From: a virus
Lineage: Duplodnaviria > Caudoviricetes
Length of the DNA stretch: 57,986 bases
Reading direction: 5' to 3' (one strand)
IMG/VR virus record: IMGVR_UViG_3300043451_000103
Location: 1 to 57,986 of that record
Shown: positions 47,970 to 57,986 of the stretch, piece after piece
Numbering within the stretch: position 1 is the first letter of the stretch
How the letters are laid out: each line of letters opens with the position of its first letter
The notes under the pieces: model-generated
Databases searched by the model: none
Told to the model about the DNA's origin: nothing
What the model saw: only the letters and a program-made list of their open reading frames with translations
Translations under genes and position numbers: made by a program

Positions 47970-48202
47970 GCGATAAGCTAAAGATTACAGTAGATCAGGT
48001 AAATCACCCAACACACTACACTAGCCATCCAAGCGGTATTGAGGCACTACAGATTACCAGACACATGAACTTCAACTTGGGTAATGCTATGAAGTATATC
48101 TGGAGAGCTGGGATTAAGAGCGAAGAAAAGCATATCGAAGATCTTGAAAAAGCTATCTTCTATATTCAAGACGAGATTAAACGTATTAAGGGTGAGTTTT
48201 AG
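47966..48202 (+). CDS. DUF3310 / SaV-like protein (T7 gp1.7 nucleotide-kinase-like)
   Basis: VNHPTHY...GNAMKYIWRAG.K...EDLEKAIFYI. Confidence 0.88.
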   Translation: MSDKLKITVDQVNHPTHYTSHPSGIEALQITRHMNFNLGNAMKYIWRAGIKSEEKHIEDLEKAIFYIQDEIKRIKGEF

Positions 48203-48508
48203 TTGGCAAGAAAAAAAATATCTGCAGCACCAACTAATAGCAAGTTCTCAAGAGAGTATTCAATGCTAATTGACGGGTTTGAGATAGCTCGTGGTGATAT
48301 AATTAAAGTAAGTGGACAATATGGACTAAAGTTCAAATTTGACTCTGTAGTTACAAATACACACACTGGAGCAATCTGGGTAGACTGTTTCGAAGTGTTT
48401 CGTGGACAGAGTCAATGCTTTAGATCATTTGAGCCAGGGCAAATAAAGAGAATACCTCAGAGAGGTAAGAGAGGAAGAAGACGTGTTGCCAACAGTGAAG
48501 CACTATGA
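48203..48508 (+). CDS. Hypothetical SH3-like basic protein
   Basis: ORF with TTG start; GDIIKV..., WVDC, FRSF. Confidence 0.6.
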   Translation: MARKKISAAPTNSKFSREYSMLIDGFEIARGDIIKVSGQYGLKFKFDSVVTNTHTGAIWVDCFEVFRGQSQCFRSFEPGQIKRIPQRGKRGRRRVANSEAL

Positions 48509-49223
48509 CTTCCCAACGCCAATCTGGGTAATTGACGATTTTTTTGAAGACGAGTTAGCACTTCAAATGTCTAATGAGTTTTACTCATATGACGATGAAA
48601 GATGGCTAACAAGAAACAATTCTGAGTTTGAGGAAAAGCTTTTATCTACACACTGGGACTGGTATCCTGGAGTATTTTATAGGACATTCTTTGAGTTGGC
48701 TTCTCAGGATTTTACCGATGCTTTAAGCGACATAACTGGAATTAAAAATCTTATTGCCGATTATGGTCTGCATGCAGGAGGAATGCATTTGCATGCTAGT
48801 AATGGCAGACTTAATCTTCATCAAGATGCAAAGATTCACCCAAAGCTAGGTCTTAAAAGAAAACTTAACATAATCATTTATCTCAATAAAAATTGGGAAG
48901 AGTCCTGGGGCGGAGAGCTTGAGTTCTGGGATGATTTGGATGGTGAGCCAAATCAAAAAATTGTTTCTGTATCTCCTAAATTTAATCGTGCAGTGCTATT
49001 CCAAACTGATGGAGATTTTTGGCATGGGCTACCAGAAATGATTGCAGCACCAAATGGAGAAAATAGACAAAGTATTGCTATGTTTTATTATGTAAATGAT
49101 GAAGAAAGCATAGACCTATCAACTAGGGCCAAGTTTGCCCTTACATCTGAGCAAAAGAAGGACGCAAGTCTTGTTGCCAAGAATGAAGAAAGAATGAGAA
49201 CGGCTTTTAAATATGGAAGATAA
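48483..49223 (+). CDS. 2OG-Fe(II) oxygenase (proline hydroxylase-like)
   Basis: LNLHQD, YLNKNWEESWGGELEFW, PKFNRAVLF, WHG, RQSIAMFYY. Confidence 0.88.
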   Translation: MLPTVKHYDFPTPIWVIDDFFEDELALQMSNEFYSYDDERWLTRNNSEFEEKLLSTHWDWYPGVFYRTFFELASQDFTDALSDITGIKNLIADYGLHAGGMHLHASNGRLNLHQDAKIHPKLGLKRKLNIIIYLNKNWEESWGGELEFWDDLDGEPNQKIVSVSPKFNRAVLFQTDGDFWHGLPEMIAAPNGENRQSIAMFYYVNDEESIDLSTRAKFALTSEQKKDASLVAKNEERMRTAFKYGR

Positions 49224-49743
49224 GCTAGTAGAACACCTAGATAATGTAAATAAGGTTGTTGAAAAATACCTTGCTGGTAGCGATCCAACACAGATTTCTA
49301 AAGAACTTGCTATGCCAAGGCAGACAGTTGTGGCATACATTGGTGAGTGGCGACAGATGGCTGCAGATAATGCTGCTATTCGTGCTCGTGCCAAGGAAGC
49401 TCTAGTGGGTGCAGATACACACTATACAAAACTAATTAGTAAAGCATATGAGGTTATTGATGAAGCAACAACAACTGCTAACCTAAATGCAAAAACCCAG
49501 GGTATCAAACTTGTAATGGACCTTGAAAAGACACGTATTGAAATGCTACAGAAAGCAGGATTGCTAGAGAACAAAGAGCTTGCAGAAGAAATGGTTGAGA
49601 TTGAAGAGAGACAGCAAGCACTTATTGAGATCCTAAAAGACATTGCTTCAGAATATCCAGAAATTCGTGATGAAATTATGCGAAGACTATCAAAGGTAAG
49701 CAAGCAAAAAGAAACAATAGTGATTGTGAATAATAATGTTTGA
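49213..49743 (+). CDS. Probable terminase small subunit
   Basis: N-terminal HTH then helical region; directly upstream of terL. Confidence 0.55.
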   Translation: MEDKLVEHLDNVNKVVEKYLAGSDPTQISKELAMPRQTVVAYIGEWRQMAADNAAIRARAKEALVGADTHYTKLISKAYEVIDEATTTANLNAKTQGIKLVMDLEKTRIEMLQKAGLLENKELAEEMVEIEERQQALIEILKDIASEYPEIRDEIMRRLSKVSKQKETIVIVNNNV

Positions 49744-51514
49744 TGATTTTTTAGAGGCTCTTAAGTCTGATGCATTTGCTGAGATTCCAGTAGATGCTAA
49801 GACTTTCGTGGAGGGTGAAGATTATCTAAACCAGCCACCACTATCAGAAGTCCAGTATGACATTGTGGAGGCAATGAGTCAGATCTATAAGCTAGATGAT
49901 CTGATTTACCTAATGGGAGAAACTGATGGTCGAAGATACTATAAGAAATACACCAAGAACGAAGTTATTCTACAACTTGGCAAGGGGTCTGGTAAAGACT
50001 TTACCTCAACAGTTGCTTGTGCTTATATTGTATATAAGTTACTTTGTCTTAAGGATCCTGCACGTTATTTTGGTAAGCCTAGTGGCGATGCCATTGACAT
50101 CATTAACGTCGCTATTAACGCACAGCAGGCGAAGAACGTATTCTTTAAAGGCTTTAAAACTAAGATTGAAAAATCGGCTTGGTTCGCTGGAAAATATAAT
50201 CCAAAAGCAGAATCCATCGAATTTGATAAGTCTATCACAGTATACTCAGGTCACTCAGAAAGAGAGTCGCATGAGGGTCTCAACCTTATCCTTGCTGTTC
50301 TTGACGAGATTTCTGGTTTTGCTACAGAAATTGGAACTGGTAATGATCAAGGTAAGACTGCTGATAACATCTACAAGGCATTCCGTGCTTCTGTAGACTC
50401 TCGTTTCCCAGACTTAGGAAAGGTAGCACTTCTATCCTTCCCTCGTTTTCCTGGCGACTTTATCTCAACAAGATATGATGCAGTTATTGCAGAAAAAGAA
50501 ACGGTACATAAGACTCATAAGTTTATTATGAATGAAGATCTTCCAGAAGATGCTGAAGGAAACTCTCTAGAGATTGAATGGGATGAGGATACAATTGTTT
50601 CTTACAAGTATCCAGGAATGTTTGCACTCAAGCGTCCTACATGGGTTGTAAACCCTACACGTAAGATTGATGACTTTAAGCTTGCGTTCTTTACTGATAT
50701 TGGAGATGCTATGCAACGTTTTGCATGTGTTCCAACATTCTCGTCAGATGCATTCTTTAAGCAACGTGATAAGGTTCGTGCAGCAATGACAATTAGGAAT
50801 CCTCTAGATACCTTTAGAAGATTTGAACCAAACTTTGAGCCAGATCCAGATAAGATTTATTATGTACATGCTGACCTTGCACAGCGTCATGACAAGTGTG
50901 CTGTAGCAATTGCTCACGTAGAAAAATGGGTAAATGTTCAGGTAGTTAAAGATTACGAACAGATTTCTCCAATTGTAGTAGTAGATGCAGTAGCATGGTG
51001 GGAGCCAAAGATTGAAGGCCCCGTAGATCTATCTGAGGTAAAACAATGGATTCAAAATTTGCGTAGAGTTGGATTTAACATTGGACTTGTCTCGTTTGAC
51101 CGCTGGCAGTCATTTGATATTCAGAATGAGCTAAAAGCTGTTGGAATGAGAACTGATACTGTTTCTGTTGGTAAGAAACATTATGAAGATATGGCCATGC
51201 TAGTCTATGAGGATAGAGTAGCTATGCCAGCAATTGAGTTACTGTTTGAAGAACTTACAGAGCTTAAGATTACTAAGAATGGTAAGAATGTAGACCACCC
51301 ACGTAAGCTGTCTAAAGACTTAGCTGACGCTGTCTGTGGTTCCATTTTTGGTGCCATAAGTCACACACCAAGAGACCTGAACCTTGAAGTAGAGATTCAT
51401 ACTTTTAGGGATAGACCTAAAAATCAGGTTGACAAACAAAAAGATAGTGTGATAGAATATAAACCTATGCCAAAAGAGGTAAAAGACTACTTGGATAGGT
51501 TCAATTTAATATAA
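49736..51514 (+). CDS. terL: Terminase large subunit
   Basis: Walker A LGKGSGKD, Walker B AVLDE, nuclease HADLA, FDRWQS, DHP...SKDLADA. Confidence 0.93.
   Translation: MFDDFLEALKSDAFAEIPVDAKTFVEGEDYLNQPPLSEVQYDIVEAMSQIYKLDDLIYLMGETDGRRYYKKYTKNEVILQLGKGSGKDFTSTVACAYIVYKLLCLKDPARYFGKPSGDAIDIINVAINAQQAKNVFFKGFKTKIEKSAWFAGKYNPKAESIEFDKSITVYSGHSERESHEGLNLILAVLDEISGFATEIGTGNDQGKTADNIYKAFRASVDSRFPDLGKVALLSFPRFPGDFISTRYDAVIAEKETVHKTHKFIMNEDLPEDAEGNSLEIEWDEDTIVSYKYPGMFALKRPTWVVNPTRKIDDFKLAFFTDIGDAMQRFACVPTFSSDAFFKQRDKVRAAMTIRNPLDTFRRFEPNFEPDPDKIYYVHADLAQRHDKCAVAIAHVEKWVNVQVVKDYEQISPIVVVDAVAWWEPKIEGPVDLSEVKQWIQNLRRVGFNIGLVSFDRWQSFDIQNELKAVGMRTDTVSVGKKHYEDMAMLVYEDRVAMPAIELLFEELTELKITKNGKNVDHPRKLSKDLADAVCGSIFGAISHTPRDLNLEVEIHTFRDRPKNQVDKQKDSVIEYKPMPKEVKDYLDRFNLI
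51429..51458 (+). promoter_or_regulatory. sigmaA-type promoter within the 3' end of terL
   Basis: TTGACA-18 nt-TAGAAT with TG extension. Confidence 0.7.
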
Positions 51515-51543
51515 TGATAATGATAGAAAAGGAAAACATATAT

Positions 51544-52545
51544 ATGACTTCACTAAAGAAGATCGCATTTGGCTTGGTTGCAGCCACAGCTCTTGCAACA
51601 TCACTAATTGCAACACCTGCAAGTGCTGCAGTTTCAACTGCTCTAACTGTTGGCGGTTCGTCAGCTGTTGGTGGCACAGCTATTTCAGCACCTGTTGCAC
51701 TACCAGTTCCTGCAGACAACTCTGTAGATGCTGCTGACGCACTCAAGATTGGCCTAACTGGTCTTGACACTGGTACTGTTGTTACTGCTGTAGCAACTAA
51801 CGGAAAGATCGTTACTGCTCTTTCTACTAGCGATGCACGAGTAACTGCTTCTGCAGGTGCTTCATCTGTATCAGTTAATACTGGTACTGGTACTACTGCA
51901 GACCTATACGTATTTACCACTACTACTGCAGTTGGTACTGTGGCAGTTACTGTTGGTGGAAATACTACCACCTATTACTTCCAGGGTACTGCTGGTGCAC
52001 TAAACGCAATTGAGCTTGCTGGTGCTACTACTGGTGCTGCTGGTACTGTATATACTGCAACTGTAAAGGGTGTTGACGTATTTGGTAATGCTAAGGGTAA
52101 TGCTGCTATCAGCCTTCAGGTTGTAACAAGTACTGCATCAACCACTTATTCACTAACTACTGATACTGCAACTGCAACTCTTGGTTCAAAGACTCAGGAC
52201 ATCACTCTTCCAGCAACTGGAACTGTACGTCTTATTGCAACTGCAACTGTTGCTTCTGCTGTAACTGGTCTTGCAACTCCTGTTGCTGTTCGTGTTGCAG
52301 ACGTAACTGTTCGTGACCTTGCTTCTGAGCTTGCTGCTGAGAAGGCTGCTCGTGCTGCTGACAAGGTAGTTGCAGATAAGGCTGTTGCTGATGCACTTGC
52401 TCTTGTTGCTGCTAAGGATGCAGAACTTGCAAAGGCAAAGGCAGACAATGCTGCATCTGTAGATGCTCTAAAGAAGGCATTTAATGCACTTGCAACTAAG
52501 TGGAACAAGAAGAATCCAAAGGCAAAGGTTGCCCTACTTAAGTAA
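51544..52545 (+). CDS. Secreted Ala/Thr-rich surface-type protein
   Basis: Sec signal MTSLKKIAFGLVAATALATSLIATPASA; beta-rich core; C-terminal coiled coil with basic end (track start 51514). Confidence 0.75.
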   Translation: MTSLKKIAFGLVAATALATSLIATPASAAVSTALTVGGSSAVGGTAISAPVALPVPADNSVDAADALKIGLTGLDTGTVVTAVATNGKIVTALSTSDARVTASAGASSVSVNTGTGTTADLYVFTTTTAVGTVAVTVGGNTTTYYFQGTAGALNAIELAGATTGAAGTVYTATVKGVDVFGNAKGNAAISLQVVTSTASTTYSLTTDTATATLGSKTQDITLPATGTVRLIATATVASAVTGLATPVAVRVADVTVRDLASELAAEKAARAADKVVADKAVADALALVAAKDAELAKAKADNAASVDALKKAFNALATKWNKKNPKAKVALLK

Positions 52546-52561
52546 TAAGTAGTATAATAGT

Positions 52562-52593
52562 AGGGGGAGAGCGTAAAAACTCTCCCCTTACTT
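52562..52593 (+). terminator. Stem-loop terminator
   Basis: GGGGAGAG-CGTAAAAA-CTCTCCCC followed by TTACTT. Confidence 0.6.
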
Positions 52594-52622
52594 GTCTAAA
52601 AATCAAAGGAGCAGAGAACTTT

Positions 52623-53016
52623 ATGAACGTGGGTATCGTTTATTTCTCTAACCATTCTGGAAACACAAAGAAGTTTGCTGAAAAGATTTCAGACAACCCC
52701 ATTAGAATTCCCATCAAGTGGGACTCAGAGAATCCATTAGTTGTATCTAACAAATATGTTCTTTGTGTACCAACATATGGTGGAGGTAGCGAATCAAGTG
52801 CTATACCTCGTCAGGTAAGAAACTTTTTAAATATCCCTGAGAATAGGGATCTCTTAGTCGCAGTAATTGGACTAGGAAACACTAATTTTGGAGAACATTT
52901 CTGCAAAGCAGCAGATATAATATCAGCTAAAACTGGAAAGCCAGTGTTGGCAAGAGTAGAGATTTTTGGGACATCAGAAGATGTACAAAGAGTAAAGGAT
53001 AGGTTGGAGAAGATAA

Positions 53017-53024
<8 letters not shown>
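52623..53024 (+). CDS. nrdI: Class Ib RNR flavodoxin NrdI
   Basis: [28 protein letters not shown]. Confidence 0.95.
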
Positions 53025-56102
<3,078 letters not shown>

Positions 56103-56116
56103 TTAGATAAATGATT

Positions 56117-56145
56117 GGCCCCTCTTCGGAGGGGCCTTTCTTTTT
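56117..56145 (+). terminator. Rho-independent terminator with UUCG tetraloop
   Basis: GGCCCCTC-TTCG-GAGGGGCC followed by TTTCTTTTT. Confidence 0.92.
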
Positions 56146-56201
56146 ATGAAACTGGTGTATAATTAGATTAGAAAACTTCTAACCCCACAAGGAGACCCCA
56201 C

Positions 56202-57986
56202 TTGAAGAAGTTCTTGATTCGGCTTAGCTTAACTGGAATATTGCTATTTTTATGGCTTTTATTTGCACCGTCTGAGTCTGCAAAAGCAGAAGAAGTGACT
56301 GTGCAGGTTTCCCCTACCCCAACAAATGAAACATCTACAGCAACCATACAGGCAACTGCTGCAGATTCTATACAGCAAGCACAAACAGCAATTGCTAATG
56401 CAGATGCTCAAATAGCTACAGTCTCAACTGATGCCAGATCTTTAAATGATTCATCTCTAGTAGATCAAGCTATATCAAATGCACAATCTGCAATTGATGC
56501 CGTAGCAACAAATATTCAGGTGGTACAGGAATCCGTACAGACATTAAATTCTGCTCAAGAATCAGTAACAGTACAAACATCTATTGTAGACTCAGCAACA
56601 GCTATTGTTAACAATGCAACCTCAACTTTGCAGCAAGCAACACAAACATTAGAGTCTCAAACTGCTGTAGTAGATCAAGCACAAACAAATTTGACAAACG
56701 CTCAGGCTGATTTGCAATCTGCATCGGATGCCGTTGATGCACAAATCCCAGTTGTTGATACAGCTCAGACAAATAAAAATACAGCACAAGCGATAGTTGA
56801 TTCCAATTCTTCTGCTGGGCTAACTATGACTGTATACCAAGATCGTGGGTATAATAACGCCCCACCTATGGGTGCTGGAACTATAGTTTCTGTAACCACT
56901 GATACAAATGGTATTAATGAGCCTTGGGGTGGAGGTGGGCCTGCTAATACATACCCAGAAGACTTCCAGGTAAGATGGCAGGGTATTTGGACACCTCAGT
57001 ATACTGGAACACAGTGGATTTATGCTCCAGCAGATGATGGAACAAGATTATATCTTGATGGCCAATTAGTAATTAATGACTGGTTTGATAAAGGTGGTGG
57101 TGGTTCTACTGCTGCTGTTCAAACAACCTCTGGAGTTGGAAAAGCATTAGATTTTTGGTTTTATGAAAATGGTGGTGGAGCATCTGTTTCTTTAATGCGT
57201 TATACAGGAAATGGATACTGGGAAGTAATTCCAGCATCAGAATTTTCGACATCTTCTGCTACACCAGAACAACAAGCAGCACTACTATCTGCAATTCAGA
57301 CCCTGACAGCAGAGCAATCTACATTAGTTGTCTTACAACAAATTGAAAGCAACGCATCTGATGTTGTAGCAGATAAGCAAATAGTCCTAGTTAATGAAAC
57401 TCAAAACCTAACAAATGCTCAGCAAAACCTAACAACTGCTACAGAAAACCTAACAACTGCTATAGAAAACCTAACAAATCAGGCAACAATGTTAGATAAT
57501 CTTGAGTCTCAATCTCAATCAGCAGAAATAGCTGTTTCTATTGCTGTTGGCAATCTTAACATTTCTGTTCAAACAATGCAGAACAACGTTTCAAATGCTC
57601 AATCAGCATATACTGATCAAGCCAACCTAGAAGAGCAACAGCGTCAGGCTGCCATAGCTGCAGAACAAGCTAGACAGGCTGAGATTGCCAGACTAGCTGC
57701 TGAGGCAGAGGCTGCAAGAATTGCTGCACAACAAGCTTATGAAGCAGAGCAAGCAAGACTTGCTGCAGAAGCACAGGCAAAAGCAGAAGCTGATGCAAAA
57801 GCAGCAGCAGAGGCTGCAGCCAAAGCAGAAGCAGATCGTTTAGCTGCAGAAGCAGCTGCCAAAGCAGAGGCAGACAGAATTGCAGCAGAAGCAGCAGCTA
57901 AAGCTGAAGCAGATAGGATTGCTGCAGAACAGGCTGCTCAAGCAGAGGCTGATAGGATTGCTGCAGAGCAAGCAGCAGCAGAAGAG
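56202..57986 (+). CDS. Secreted PA14-domain coiled-coil protein, 3'-truncated
   Basis: Not in the ORF track because it has no stop in the window. SD AAGGAG with TTG start; signal MKKFLIRLSLTGILLFLWLLFAPSESAKA; PA14 at ~56817-57250 (EDFQVRWQG...ADDGTRLYLDGQLVINDW...FYENGGGA); AKAEADRIAAE repeats. Confidence 0.85.
   Translation, partial: MKKFLIRLSLTGILLFLWLLFAPSESAKAEEVTVQVSPTPTNETSTATIQATAADSIQQAQTAIANADAQIATVSTDARSLNDSSLVDQAISNAQSAIDAVATNIQVVQESVQTLNSAQESVTVQTSIVDSATAIVNNATSTLQQATQTLESQTAVVDQAQTNLTNAQADLQSASDAVDAQIPVVDTAQTNKNTAQAIVDSNSSAGLTMTVYQDRGYNNAPPMGAGTIVSVTTDTNGINEPWGGGGPANTYPEDFQVRWQGIWTPQYTGTQWIYAPADDGTRLYLDGQLVINDWFDKGGGGSTAAVQTTSGVGKALDFWFYENGGGASVSLMRYTGNGYWEVIPASEFSTSSATPEQQAALLSAIQTLTAEQSTLVVLQQIESNASDVVADKQIVLVNETQNLTNAQQNLTTATENLTTAIENLTNQATMLDNLESQSQSAEIAVSIAVGNLNISVQTMQNNVSNAQSAYTDQANLEEQQRQAAIAAEQARQAEIARLAAEAEAARIAAQQAYEAEQARLAAEAQAKAEADAKAAAEAAAKAEADRLAAEAAAKAEADRIAAEAAAKAEADRIAAEQAAQAEADRIAAEQAAAEE
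57403..57480 (+). repeat. About 4 x 21-nt coding repeat (AAAACCTAACAA core; NLTxAxx heptads)
   Basis: Units start at 57403, 57424, 57445 and 57466. Confidence 0.85.
57650..57986 (+). repeat. Degenerate Ala/Glu/Lys/Arg repeats (AKAEADRIAAEAA)
   Basis: Seen in the translation of the terminal ORF. Confidence 0.8.

Noticed and set aside
57403-57480. 21-nt repeats as iterons or a mini-CRISPR
   Set aside because: They are in-frame heptads within a coiled-coil ORF, with no unique spacers.

Overview
About 58 kb of a large, AT-rich, long-tailed dsDNA phage genome with siphovirus-type gene content. All credible genes are on the + strand. The host is most likely an actinobacterium, inferred from the actinobacterial-type NrdE/NrdF, the DnaE-based replisome and the many leaderless-looking starts. 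Gene order: fibre/structural genes; an FN3 protein ending in a Phe-rich repeat, followed by a cluster of metallo-oxygenase genes; the head, neck and tail module (portal, protease/scaffold, capsid, tail tube, chaperones, 2367-aa tape measure, tail tip); the replication and recombination module (DnaB, primase, SSB, DnaE, MazG-like, RecA, Cas4-like, RuvC-like) with more 2OG-Fe(II)-type genes inserted; terminase; a secreted protein; class Ib RNR (nrdI-nrdE-nrdF); and a truncated secreted PA14/coiled-coil gene. Best candidates for novelty: (1) an FN3 protein with eight F-[S/G]-V-F-[S/G]-F cores next to three paralogous His-rich oxygenases and a prolyl-hydroxylase-like gene, which may be a peptide-modification cassette; (2) tail chaperones apparently made by gene duplication (in-frame GT plus a separate G) rather than by frameshift. 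All calls come from motif recognition by eye; no searches were run.
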